Source: Gammaproteobacteria bacterium
GTDB taxonomy: Bacteria; Pseudomonadota; Gammaproteobacteria; CAJXQU01
Assembly (NCBI GenBank): GCA_045110495.1
Contig: JBGCGE010000020.1
Coordinates: 2,342-66,341 of the forward strand
DNA: 64,000 nucleotides
Direction: 5' to 3'
In this document: piece by piece, positions 10,398-21,586 of the stretch
How the letters are laid out: each line of letters opens with the position of its first letter
Position numbering within the stretch: the stretch's first letter is position 1
Position numbers and translations under genes: made by a program
Notes under the pieces: generated by a model
Database searches by the model: none
The model's input: only the letters and a program-made list of their open reading frames with translations
What the model was told of the DNA's origin: nothing

Positions 10398-10811
10398 TTA
10401 TAGCATAAGACCTGTCGCGGGTTTGAAGTTCGCTTTTAAAGATTCTGTTAACCAGCTTAGATCAATCGTCTCGCTATCTTGTGAATCTATTTTCGAAGTG
10501 GCTTGCTGATATGCCTTTATAAATTCTTCATTCTGTTCGTTTTCCCAACCATCAGCTCGAGTTTGGACTGCAACAGAATCTCGTCGGAATAATTCTTCGA
10601 AAACGGCATCTGCGATCACGTTAATATTAATGGGTTTAAGGTTATGTGATGCACCATAAGTTCTACACACGCCTAATATAGAAGCTGCGATTTGTGGGCT
10701 TGTTTGCATATCTAAAGGGACGTTTCCAAGCTCGTCTTTGAGCGGCTGAAAACATTCAGAGAATGCTCGTATTAATAATCTTTTATGTTTTCCAACGCCA
10801 AATCCAAACAT
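10398..10811 (-). CDS. hypothetical small protein, paralog 2 (137 aa)
   Basis: Tandem paralog of 9924-10331. Confidence 0.5.
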   Translation of the reverse strand: MFGFGVGKHKRLLIRAFSECFQPLKDELGNVPLDMQTSPQIAASILGVCRTYGASHNLKPININVIADAVFEELFRRDSVAVQTRADGWENEQNEEFIKAYQQATSKIDSQDSETIDLSWLTESLKANFKPATGLML

Positions 10812-10883
10812 CGTTACTTTTCTCCAACCCTTTCATTATTTTTAGCTTAGGCGAGCTTAATATTTTTTTAGATCAAAAATAAA

Positions 10884-11270
10884 GAGTTGGCCGATAAGCC
10901 GGGTTCTGTCCACTCGAAAGCGTGACAGTCATTCATCTGGGATGCACGTCACCGTGCACCTCTAGCAACCTACCCGGGAACTCATGCGGACCACACGATA
11001 CCGCTCGAAGCGGCGCATTCCCCTATTTGGTCTTGCTCCAGGTGGGGTTTACCCTGCCACTGGCTTTCACCAGCGCGGTGCGCTCTTACCGCACCATTTC
11101 ACCCTTACCTCCGGATCCTGATTCAAGATCAAAATCCGGTTGGCGGTATATTTTCTGCGGCACTTTCCGTAGGCTTTCGCCCCCTAGACGTTATCTAGCA
11201 CCCTGCCCTATGGAGCCCGGACTTTCCTCTGTTACCTTAAAGATAACAGCGACTGCCTGGCCAACTCTGC
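10884..11270 (-). ncRNA. rnpB: RNase P RNA (bacterial type A)
   Basis: The minus strand carries the universal P4 and neighbouring strings GGAAAGTCCGGGCTCCATAGGGCAGGGTGC and GGGTGAAATGGTGCGGTAAGAGCGCACCGC. It ends ACAGAACCCGGCTTATCGG as E. coli rnpB does, and the 5'/3' ends pair (agagttggcc/ggccaactct). Confidence 0.9.
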
Positions 11271-11316
11271 TACTTAGTTTACCCGAACTGGCGACAAGTG
11301 GTTAATTTGCAGACAT

Positions 11317-11340
11317 AAAAAAGCCTCACATAAGCGAGGC
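11317..11340 (-). terminator. rho-independent terminator of the VPLPA-CTERM gene
   Basis: Minus strand reads gcctcgc-ttatgt-gaggc followed by tttttt. Confidence 0.6.
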
Positions 11341-11397
11341 TCGTATATTAATTCGATCTAAAAGCGTTTTATTTTTGATCGATATTTGAACTTAGCA

Positions 11398-12108
11398 TTA
11401 TGATTTTTTACGTAAAAAACCTGATAAACCTAGCAAACCACTTAACAACAACCAGACAGCCGCAGGAACGGGAACCGGTGTCGTTGTTACATCAAAATCA
11501 AACGATGTCAGGATTTGTCCATCATTGAACGGACCTGGTACGCCTGGAATTAACCCCGTATCGGCTAAGTTTAGTAATGTCGCAAAAGGCGTTCCTAAAC
11601 CTGTGCCTGCTTCATCAAATATAATACCTAGAGAATCGTTTTCTCTTGATACTGTAATTGAATCGAAACTGGTAGAAATTGGTGATAAATTTGGAAAAGT
11701 GAAGCTTAACGGTACATTATTAAACGTCTGTGACATAAGGGGGCCAAACCCATTGCCTGCACCGACCGATCCAAATTCAAAGGTTGTCCCAATCATCGAT
11801 GGCGGTAAAGAACTCAGTACAGAATTAAACAGGGAAAGTAGCATACTACTGGCTGGCAGGATTGAAACACCTGCAATGGTTGCTGTACCCGTTGGGCTAC
11901 CAATCGGAGCAGGATCTAAAATGAACATTCCATCAAGGTTGGTGATCTGAACTTCAAAAGTACTACTGTCATTATCAGTGTCTAAAGCTGTGAACGGACT
12001 AAAGCCACTTATTGAAATATCACCAGTCAGGTCAACCGTCCCGGCGTATAGCTGACTACTTAAAAAGCTTATCGATAAAAAGACTAAGGCGCTTATAAAT
12101 TTATTCAT
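11398..12108 (-). CDS. secreted protein with a C-terminal VPLPA-CTERM/PEP-CTERM-like sorting signal
   Basis: N-terminal signal peptide (LYA/G), Ser/Thr/Gly-rich body, and a C-terminus TPVPVPAAVWLLLSGLLGLSGFLRKKS: a Pro motif, a TM helix and a basic tail. Confidence 0.7.
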   Translation of the reverse strand: MNKFISALVFLSISFLSSQLYAGTVDLTGDISISGFSPFTALDTDNDSSTFEVQITNLDGMFILDPAPIGSPTGTATIAGVSILPASSMLLSLFNSVLSSLPPSMIGTTFEFGSVGAGNGFGPLMSQTFNNVPLSFTFPNLSPISTSFDSITVSRENDSLGIIFDEAGTGLGTPFATLLNLADTGLIPGVPGPFNDGQILTSFDFDVTTTPVPVPAAVWLLLSGLLGLSGFLRKKS

Positions 12109-12229
12109 AATTTTGGAATGTACCTGATTTCTAGTTAATTACGCTAAAACAACTGTCAAAAATTTGAGCTGTTTATGATTATGTTTGCTGCTGAATTATG
12201 AGCAATTAAAATGCCAGATTATGAATATC

Positions 12230-13114
12230 TCAATCTTGATCTGTTTTATCTTGCGCTAATTTATAAAGCTGATTCTTTTTTGCGCCCGTGATCTTAACGG
12301 CCGCCGCGACAGCCTGACTTGGCGGAAGGCTTTCTAATAATATTTCCAGGATCCTTTCTGGTTCACCATCCTCTTCTTGATCTTCTGCTTGAAAGCCTTC
12401 AACCATAATCACAATCTCACCGCGACATTGACCAGGATCATTTTCCAGCCATTGTTCCAGTTCTTGTAACGACTCTGTGCGTATCGTTTCATAGATTTTA
12501 GTTAACTCGCGCGCAATGCAAGCAAGTCTATTTGATCCAAAAACGGCTTTCAGATCAGAAATACAGGCAGACAATCGGTGCGGTGCTTCATAAAAAATCT
12601 GTGTTGCTGACGCTTGTTTTAAAGTTTGTAGTGTCTTTAGCCGCGCGGTTTTCTTTGCGGGCAAAAAACCATTGAAGGTAAATCGATCCGACGCCAGACC
12701 CGATGCGCTTAATCCTGCAATCAATGCACACACTCCGGGTATCGGAATAACTTGGATGTTCGCCTGTTGAGCAAGCGATAAAAGATAATATCCCGGATCG
12801 CTTACCAACGGCGTTCCTGCATCGCTGATCAAAGCCATGCTTTCACCCGCTTGAATTCGCTTGATCAAATCTTCTGCAATTTTGCGCTCATTGTGATCAT
12901 GATAGGCTTTCATTGAGGTTGTGATTCCAAACTTTTTCAATAAACCGCCACTGTGTCGAGTATCTTCCGCAAGAATTAGATCAACATTTTGTAAAGTCGC
13001 AATCCCTCGCGGTGTCATGTCCTCAAGATTTCCGATCGGCGTAGCGACAACATATAAAATCCCCTGTTGTTTAAACATTAGCTGTTCTTGATCATTTTCA
13101 TACTCTGCTGTCAC
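12230..13114 (-). CDS. rsmI: 16S rRNA (cytidine1402-2'-O)-methyltransferase
   Basis: Tetrapyrrole-methylase fold with YVVATPIGNLEDMTPR; divergent from lpoA as in E. coli. Confidence 0.9.
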   Translation of the reverse strand: MTAEYENDQEQLMFKQQGILYVVATPIGNLEDMTPRGIATLQNVDLILAEDTRHSGGLLKKFGITTSMKAYHDHNERKIAEDLIKRIQAGESMALISDAGTPLVSDPGYYLLSLAQQANIQVIPIPGVCALIAGLSASGLASDRFTFNGFLPAKKTARLKTLQTLKQASATQIFYEAPHRLSACISDLKAVFGSNRLACIARELTKIYETIRTESLQELEQWLENDPGQCRGEIVIMVEGFQAEDQEEDGEPERILEILLESLPPSQAVAAAVKITGAKKNQLYKLAQDKTDQD

Positions 13115-13180
13115 TTAAGAATATCCTCAGGTTGAAAAATAAATGCTAAACTCACAACTCATCTGAGCGCAGGAACAGAA

Positions 13181-15092
13181 ATGTTGTTTCACCCACAAAT
13201 TCGTTTATTTCCAATTTTATTGATCCTGTCGCTTTTTGCTGGTTGTGGCGGCTCACCCGTCAAAGAAGATGCTCCACCCCCGGGCCAGATCGAAGTCGCC
13301 ATTCAATTATTTGACGCTGGCGATTATAACGCGGCGGCGGCTGAATATTTAAAATTAGCTAAAAGTACTCCCGCGACGTTGGAAGATGATACACCGTCTT
13401 TTTTAATATCCGATTACCAGCTCTCAGCAGCAGAAGCTTACGTTAAAGCGGGTGACAGTCTCAAGGCCAGAAAAGTAATCGCATTGATTGATCGCAATTT
13501 ATTAGATGCTCCTTTAAATGATCGTTATCACTTAGCGAGTGCAAAAATCGCTCAACTTGACCAACAACCCGAACAGGTTATCCGTTCCCTCGATCAAATA
13601 TCTGCTGAGCAACAATCCCAAGACATTTTGCAAATGCAGATCGTTGCCTTTGAACAATTGGAATCACCAATAGAGGCTGCTCGTAAACGGACATTACTCG
13701 ATCCATTTCTTGGATCGGAGCTTGAACAGAATGAAAACAGGCAAGCAATTTGGAAAGCAATCAACCAACAAGATCCGACAGTCCTCCAACAACTACAATC
13801 CAACTCACAAGATCCGTTAGCAGGCTGGGGTCAACTTGCAATCATTGCGAGAAAATCAATCTTTGACGCAGACGTTTTTGATCGAGAAATCTCTCAATGG
13901 CGTTTAAGTTATCCTGAACATGCCGCTGAAGAACCGATTCTTAGTGAGCTGTTTAAAAAAAGCAAAACCTTAGGATCTAAAGTTACAAGCATCGCATTAT
14001 TACTTCCTGAAAGTGGACGCTTTGCTCAAGCGGGCGCTGCGGTACGAGATGGTTTCTTATCTGCGTGGTATAGCGAAAATGATCAACCCGATCAACCGAT
14101 GGTTCACGTCTATGACGCAAATGCGGAAAACATTCTGGATGTTTATCAACAAGCCATCGAAGAAGGTGCAGATCTTATCGTTGGCCCATTAGAAAAAAAT
14201 ACGCTAAAGATATTATTGTCGCTGGAAAAACTACCCGTAAGAACGCTGGCTTTGAACCAACTTGATGAACAAGCGTTGACTCAATTTCAAACTCATATTG
14301 ATTCTGATCATTTTTATCAATTTGGACTATCACCAGAACAAGAGGCCAGGCAAATTGCTACCAAAGCCTGGGCGAATGGTTATAGTCAAGCACTCGCAAT
14401 AACCCCGGAAGGTAACTGGGGTGATCGGCTTTTTGATGCTTTCAAAATTGAATATGAAGAGCTCGGTGGCATCATATTAGAACATCAAAAGTTTGCCACT
14501 TCGACAACGGAATATTCCACTATCCTTTCTCAACTCTTAAATATTGATGGTAGCCAACAACGTTTTGATGCTCTGACTAAAATATTAAATCGAAAAATCA
14601 AATTTGAAGCACGTCCAAGAAAAGATGTCGATTTCGTTTTTATGGCTGCTCTGCCGGTTCACGCAAGACAAATCCGGCCTCAATTATTATTTCATCGTGC
14701 TTCGCGAATACCCGTAATTGCGACTTCTCATACGTTTGGTTTACCTCCGCGCGGAGAACCAGATCTTGATCTGGAAGGTGTTATCATCGGTGATATGCCG
14801 TGGTTGATCGAGAATCAGGAAATAGATCCAGAATCACCTTTATCGATGCAGCAAAATTGGCCTGATGACAATGCGGCCTTCTTGCGACTGTTCGCGCTGG
14901 GAATTGACGCTTACAAAGTTATTCCTCAGCTCGGTCGTTTAAGATTACAAATCGGTGAGGCTTTTGTCGGAGAAACGGGCAATTTATCGATGAATGAAAA
15001 TGCGCAGATACAACGCGAATTAGCCTGGGCAAAATTTTTACGTGGGAAACCCGATTTGATCAATAAGCAACGCTCTTCAAGTATTTTGACAC

Positions 15093-15121
<29 letters not shown>
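13181..15121 (+). CDS. lpoA: penicillin-binding protein activator LpoA (lipoprotein)
   Basis: 646 aa with lipobox LFAGC, N-terminal TPR-like region and C-terminal periplasmic-binding-like domain. Sits in the yraM position. Confidence 0.8.
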
Positions 15122-16048
<927 letters not shown>

Positions 16049-16058
16049 GAAATTAATT

Positions 16059-16634
16059 ATGTCAAAAATGAATTTGATCAGTTTGTCAGTGCTTTGTTTA
16101 TTTATTCAAGCTTGTGCAGCACCGCTAGTAGTTGGCGGCGCGGCAACTGGAGCCGTTGTGGCAAATGATAAACGTACGACAGGTACGTTTGTAGAAGATG
16201 AAGCAATTGAATTAAAGATCAGATCTGCGCTCCTGGGAGATGATTCATTTAAAAATCAGATCCATATTAACGCTACCAGTTTTAACACCAATGTTTTGCT
16301 TACTGGAGAGGCAACAACTGAAGCAATTCGCCAGCAGATTGTAGCGATAGCAAAAAATACCGAAAAGGTAAGCCACGTCTTTAATGAAATCAGAGTCGCA
16401 GCACCAAGTGCTCTATTAGCCAGAAGCAGCGATACACTACTGACATCAAATGTGAAGACACGTATTTTGACGGACAAGACAGTGGATGGTACAAAAATCA
16501 AGGTCGTTACAGAAGCAGGCGTTGTCTACCTGATGGGAATTATTACTCGTGAGCAGGGAACGAATGCCGCACAAGTGGCAAGTAAAGCATCTGGAGTTCA
16601 AAGAGTAGTTAAAATCTTTCAGTATCTTGATTAG
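16059..16634 (+). CDS. dolP: BON-domain outer-membrane lipoprotein DolP/YraP
   Basis: Lipobox LFIQAC and two BON domains; position matches yraP. Confidence 0.8.
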   Translation: MSKMNLISLSVLCLFIQACAAPLVVGGAATGAVVANDKRTTGTFVEDEAIELKIRSALLGDDSFKNQIHINATSFNTNVLLTGEATTEAIRQQIVAIAKNTEKVSHVFNEIRVAAPSALLARSSDTLLTSNVKTRILTDKTVDGTKIKVVTEAGVVYLMGIITREQGTNAAQVASKASGVQRVVKIFQYLD

Positions 16635-16685
16635 ACGTAGGGATTAAGACTAATATTATTTATCTATTAAAGTTACAAAGGCTTA

Positions 16686-17114
16686 TTATTTTACAACTCG
16701 CAGGAAAGGTGGCTTTTTTGATCCTTTGTTGGGACTAGGGGGAGGAGGAGTACCAGGATCATCAGATGGTGGCGTTGTTGTTGGCGGCGGCGGTACATTT
16801 TCTTCTTCCGCAAACACCATTCCTTTCCCATTTTCTTGTGCATAGATTGCTTTCACAGCATAAACAGGAACATGTATATCTTGAGGAATGCCACCAAAAC
16901 GTGCATTGAAATAGACCCACTCATTTCCCAGATCTAAAAATTTAACTGCCATAGGTGAGATATTCAGTATTATCTGTCCATCGGTTACGAACTCGAGAGG
17001 GATTTGTGCACCTTGAGCCTCTGCATCTACCATTAAATGCGGGGTTAAGTCATTATTGAGAATCCATTCATAAAATGCTCTAACCAGATAAGGTTTCGTT
17101 GGTGTTAATTCCAT
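16686..17114 (-). CDS. sspB: ClpXP adaptor SspB
   Basis: N-terminal SspB fold, Pro-rich linker and C-terminal LRVVK ClpX-binding tail. Confidence 0.85.
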   Translation of the reverse strand: MELTPTKPYLVRAFYEWILNNDLTPHLMVDAEAQGAQIPLEFVTDGQIILNISPMAVKFLDLGNEWVYFNARFGGIPQDIHVPVYAVKAIYAQENGKGMVFAEEENVPPPPTTTPPSDDPGTPPPPSPNKGSKKPPFLRVVK

Positions 17115-17125
17115 TTCTGACCTAG

Positions 17126-17749
17126 CTATCCAAGTTCTCGTTCCGCTTCCGACATACTTGCCTGGAATCCTTCACGATCAAATAACTTCTTCGCATATTT
17201 CTGTATTGGTTTTGCTTGAGGTGGTAACTCCACACCATAACTTTGAAGTCGCCAAAGAATAGGACCAAGGCTACAATCGACTAGAGAAAAGTCATCCGAC
17301 ATAAAAAATTCAAAACTTTCAAAGGCGGGTGAAATTGCCGTCAGGTTATCGCGCATTACTTTGCGCGCATTCGTTTTCACTGCTTCTTTACCATTTTCCA
17401 GATCATCAAGAAGGCCATAAAGATCTTTCATAATTCTATAAGCTAACTGACGGTTCGTCGCCCGTGAGACAGGATCAACAGGCATCAGTGGGGGATGAGG
17501 AAATCGTTCATCCATATATTCCATAATGATCCGCGATTCATATAAAACCAGATCACGATCTACCAGCGTTAATAGAGAGTTGTAGGGGTTTAACCCAATA
17601 ATTTCTTCTGGGATATTGTCATGATCTACGAAATTGACCTCAACATTAATATCTTTTTCAGCGATACAAAAACGAACGCAGTGACCAACAGGATCCAGTG
17701 GATCGGAATAAAAAGACATGACTGAACGTCGATTAACAAGCGCATTCAT
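17126..17749 (-). CDS. sspA: stringent starvation protein A (GST-like)
   Basis: KRSVMSFYS..HCVR N-terminus colinear with E. coli SspA. Confidence 0.9.
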   Translation of the reverse strand: MNALVNRRSVMSFYSDPLDPVGHCVRFCIAEKDINVEVNFVDHDNIPEEIIGLNPYNSLLTLVDRDLVLYESRIIMEYMDERFPHPPLMPVDPVSRATNRQLAYRIMKDLYGLLDDLENGKEAVKTNARKVMRDNLTAISPAFESFEFFMSDDFSLVDCSLGPILWRLQSYGVELPPQAKPIQKYAKKLFDREGFQASMSEAERELG

Positions 17750-17848
17750 TAGAAACCCTCTTAAAGAAATACTAAACGAAAAATCATACCACGCTTGTCA
17801 AGCCCTCCCCCATTCCGTCAAGAATCAAGGAGAGGTTAAGTTTAAATT

Positions 17849-18580
17849 CTAACGAACGTCTTTCCAGTATTCTTTTTTCAGCAAATAGGCAGGAACTAAC
17901 AGGACTAATAGAAATATAATCACCCAGAAACCAATATCCTTTCTAACCAATTTTGCAGGTTCGCCCATATAAACCATGAAATTAACCAGGTCACGACGCG
18001 CTGTTCTAAATTCGCTTTCACTCATCTTACCAGGTGTCGCCAAGGTTAGATCACTAATCACCTTTGATGACTCATCACCATGATGATCGTCATAGACTGG
18101 TTTTTGCAAACCCTGTAATTCTAGTAACACATGTGGCATCGCAGTATCTTTAAAAACCAGATTATTAACGCCAGTCGCTTTACTTGAATCAGCATAATAA
18201 GAATCAAGGAAGGTATAGATCCAGTTCGGGCCACGTGAGCGGGCAATCACAGAAAGATCCGGTGGTGCTACGCCGAGCCATTTCTTAGCGTCACTGGGAC
18301 GCATCGCAACCTTCATATTATTGCCAATTTTGTCGGTAGTGAATACCATATTTTCGAGCATCACATCTTCGGGAATACCCAAATCTCTAGCCATGCCATT
18401 AAAGCGCATGTAAGAAGCGGAGTGACAACTCAAGCAATAATTGACGAAGAGCTTACCTCCCCTTTGCAGCGATTCTCTGTCACTAAGATCGACACGTGCA
18501 TCTTTAAGGCTTACACCTGCTCCAGCAGCAGAAGCTACAACAGGGACTATGAATAAAAAAATCAGTATAAGTTTTTTCAT
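17849..18580 (-). CDS. petC: cytochrome c1 of the ubiquinol-cytochrome c reductase
   Basis: CLSCH haem-binding motif and C-terminal TM anchor; last gene of the bc1 operon. Confidence 0.9.
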   Translation of the reverse strand: MKKLILIFLFIVPVVASAAGAGVSLKDARVDLSDRESLQRGGKLFVNYCLSCHSASYMRFNGMARDLGIPEDVMLENMVFTTDKIGNNMKVAMRPSDAKKWLGVAPPDLSVIARSRGPNWIYTFLDSYYADSSKATGVNNLVFKDTAMPHVLLELQGLQKPVYDDHHGDESSKVISDLTLATPGKMSESEFRTARRDLVNFMVYMGEPAKLVRKDIGFWVIIFLLVLLVPAYLLKKEYWKDVR

Positions 18581-19815
18581 TTGTACGTCACCCTTTCTGG
18601 AACTGGCTTGGTCTTATCCCACTTGGAATAAAATGGCATGAGAAGGAAAAATGCAAAGTAGATACCGGTAAAGATCTGCGCTAGTAGCGTCAACAACGGT
18701 GTTGGATTCTTTAACCCTAACCAACCCAACGCGATAAAGCTAATAATAAATATAGCCAGAATCACTTTGTATAAACCACCACGATAACGCAGCGACCTGA
18801 CTGGATTACGATCCAGCCAAGGTAGCAGGAATAGCACAAGCACAGCCGCGAACATCGCCACCACACCTGGGAATGCTGAACCACCGATTGAAGGCACTGC
18901 TCTCAAAATGGCATAAAATGGTGTGAAGTACCAAACCGGTGCAATATGCTCAGGAGTGACAGTAGGGTTCGCTGGAACAAAATTATTATGCTCAAGGAAA
19001 TAACCACCCATTTCTGGTGCGTAGAAGAGGATCAACGCGAAGAAGATCAAAAAGACCACCACACCGACAATATCTTTTACGGAGTAATATGGGTGGAATG
19101 GAATTCCATCTAGTGGAATACCATTTTTATCTTTATTTTTCTTAATCTCGACACCGTCAGGATTGTTTGATCCAACCTCATGTAAGGCAAGGACATGAAC
19201 CACTACTAAGCCAAGTAAAGCAATCGGAACGGCAATAACGTGGAAGGAGAAAAAACGATTCAGCGTGACATCCGAGACAACATAATCACCACGGATCCAG
19301 AGTGCTAAAGTATCTCCTATCACTGGAACTGCGCCGAATAAGGAAATAATAACTTGCGCACCCCAATAAGACATTTGTCCCCAAGGTAACAAGTAACCAA
19401 GGAAAGCTTCAGCCATCAGGCATAAGTAGAGAAACATCCCGGTGATCCATAGTAATTCACGCGGATGCTTATACGACCCGTACATCAGACCGCGGAACAT
19501 ATGTAAATAAATCACCACAAAAAACGCGGATGCGCCAGTAGAATGCATATAGCGAATCAACCAGCCCCATTCAACGTCGCGCATAATGTATTCAACGGAA
19601 GCGAATGCGAGTTCAGCATCTGGCTTATAACTCATCGTCAACCAGATTCCAGTAACAATCTGATTAATCAGTACAACTAGAGCTAGTGAACCGAAAAAGT
19701 ACCAGAAATTAAAATTCTTTGGTGCATAGTATTGAGCTAAATGTTCATTCCACATTTTTGTTAATGGAAAACGTGCATCAATCCAGGCAAGAAGGTTTGT
19801 TAGTAATTTGATCAT
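18577..19815 (-). CDS. petB: cytochrome b
   Basis: 412-aa polytopic membrane protein with conserved cytochrome b His ligands. Confidence 0.95.
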   Translation of the reverse strand: MIKLLTNLLAWIDARFPLTKMWNEHLAQYYAPKNFNFWYFFGSLALVVLINQIVTGIWLTMSYKPDAELAFASVEYIMRDVEWGWLIRYMHSTGASAFFVVIYLHMFRGLMYGSYKHPRELLWITGMFLYLCLMAEAFLGYLLPWGQMSYWGAQVIISLFGAVPVIGDTLALWIRGDYVVSDVTLNRFFSFHVIAVPIALLGLVVVHVLALHEVGSNNPDGVEIKKNKDKNGIPLDGIPFHPYYSVKDIVGVVVFLIFFALILFYAPEMGGYFLEHNNFVPANPTVTPEHIAPVWYFTPFYAILRAVPSIGGSAFPGVVAMFAAVLVLFLLPWLDRNPVRSLRYRGGLYKVILAIFIISFIALGWLGLKNPTPLLTLLAQIFTGIYFAFFLLMPFYSKWDKTKPVPERVTYK

Positions 19816-20435
19816 TATGATTTCACTCCATCTTGGCCAACCAAAAGTAATGTTTCACTTAAGAATTGGTATGGAGGAACCAAAAGATTCTTCGGCGCAG
19901 GAACACTTTTGTAGACTCGTCCAGCCAAATCAAATTTGGAACCGTGACATGGGCAAAAGAAACCACCCTGCCAGTCTGGACCGAGAGTATGAGGTGTTCC
20001 TTCGGGTAAATAAGTAGGTGAGCAACCAAGGTGTGTACAGATACCCAAGACCACCAGATATTCAGAATTACTCGCCCGAGATGCATTTTGAGCATATTCC
20101 GGCTGTTGTCCAATATCGACTGAATCAGGATCTGCTAATAAATCAGACATCCCTTTAAGCGCTTCCAGTGTTTCCTTGCTGCGCCTGACAACCCAGACTG
20201 GCTTACCCCGCCACTTTTCAATCACTCTCTGGCCCGGCTCAAGTTTGCTAATATCAATCTCGATCGGTGCACCAACAGCCTTGGCTCTTTCACTAGGCTG
20301 GAATGAAGAAACGAACGGTACTGCTGCTGCAATTGCGCCAACAGTACCAACCCCTGCAGTGGTTGTGATCAAAAATCGTCGTCGTTCAACGTCGACTTCA
20401 TCTTCACTAACCAGACTGTTTCCCCTATCTGACAT
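19815..20435 (-). CDS. petA: ubiquinol-cytochrome c reductase Rieske iron-sulfur subunit
   Basis: CTHLGC and CPCHGS Rieske boxes; Tat-like RRRFL N-terminus. Confidence 0.9.
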   Translation of the reverse strand: MSDRGNSLVSEDEVDVERRRFLITTTAGVGTVGAIAAAVPFVSSFQPSERAKAVGAPIEIDISKLEPGQRVIEKWRGKPVWVVRRSKETLEALKGMSDLLADPDSVDIGQQPEYAQNASRASNSEYLVVLGICTHLGCSPTYLPEGTPHTLGPDWQGGFFCPCHGSKFDLAGRVYKSVPAPKNLLVPPYQFLSETLLLVGQDGVKS

Positions 20436-20506
20436 AAGACTATTCCGAATTGTGTTCGTTAAAAAATCTCATCCCTGAAGTGTGTAACCTGCGAATCCTA
20501 CCAGCA

Positions 20507-21580
20507 TTAATTTTGTAGTTCGATAACCTTTAAGAAAGCGTTATTCTCTTCCATAGTTCCGATTGTGACACGCAAACATTGCGCCAACTTTTTATGCGCC
20601 CCATCTAAATTCTTGATTAAAATGTTATTTTGTTTCAACGAATCAAAAATTTCTTGTGATTTTTCGCTACGCAATAACAAAAAGTTTGCATAGCTCGACC
20701 AAACTTCTATTTTAGAATGCTGGCTCAGAGAGTCAAACATAAATTGTCGATCAGCTCTTATCTGAGCAGCTTGTTGATCAAAAACATCAACATGCTTCAA
20801 CATAAAAGTAGCACTAGCTTGTGATAGCGCATTAATATTATAGGGTAGTCTTATTTTATTAAGTTGATCTAACCACTGCTTTGGGCCAACTAACATCCCG
20901 ATTCTTAAACCGGCCAAACCAATTTTCGACAAGGTTCGCATGACTAATAAATTTTCATAGTGATGCATATCATCAATCCAGCTAACTTGTGCAAAGCTAT
21001 GGTATGCCTCATCAATGATCACTAAACCATTGCTAGCCTCGAGAATCGCCTCAATATCTTTTTGATCAAATAGATTTCCTGTCGGGTTATTTGGATAAGC
21101 CAGAAAAATAACCGCAGGTTGATGTTTTTCTATTGCTGCCAACATTTCTGGCATATCAAGACTAAAATCTTGATCATTCAGCGGAACACCAACATACTGC
21201 ATGCCGAGAGACTGTGCGATGATGCGATACATGACAAAACTTGGCTCTGGTGCAAGTATGGTTCGGTTCTCTCCTGCAACGGCCATCGCTAGAATTTGGA
21301 TTAATTCATCCGAACCATTACCCAACAAAATTTCTTGATCGACTCCCAAGCCAAGATATTGTTGCAGTCTTTCTTTTAATAACCCAGCACTTGCATCCGG
21401 ATACCGATTCAACTCAAGTTGGCGTAAAGTCTCTAACCAGCTTTCGATAAGTGCTTCAGGTAGAGAATAAGGGTTTTCCATAGCATCCAGTTTAATAAAA
21501 CCGTGGGAATCGGGCACATGATAAGCCGCAAGCGCACGAACTTCTGGACGGATCCACCGATTGATCAAATCATTTGTCAT
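20507..21580 (-). CDS. hisC: histidinol-phosphate aminotransferase
   Basis: Class-II aminotransferase; follows hisD. Confidence 0.9.
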   Translation of the reverse strand: MTNDLINRWIRPEVRALAAYHVPDSHGFIKLDAMENPYSLPEALIESWLETLRQLELNRYPDASAGLLKERLQQYLGLGVDQEILLGNGSDELIQILAMAVAGENRTILAPEPSFVMYRIIAQSLGMQYVGVPLNDQDFSLDMPEMLAAIEKHQPAVIFLAYPNNPTGNLFDQKDIEAILEASNGLVIIDEAYHSFAQVSWIDDMHHYENLLVMRTLSKIGLAGLRIGMLVGPKQWLDQLNKIRLPYNINALSQASATFMLKHVDVFDQQAAQIRADRQFMFDSLSQHSKIEVWSSYANFLLLRSEKSQEIFDSLKQNNILIKNLDGAHKKLAQCLRVTIGTMEENNAFLKVIELQN

Positions 21581-21586
21581 TTTGTA

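Noticed and set aside
10922-11305. 127-aa plus-strand ORF (MTVIHLGCTSPC...)
   Set aside because: It is the antisense translation of RNase P RNA (rnpB) on the minus strand, and GC-rich structured RNA often gives spurious ORFs.
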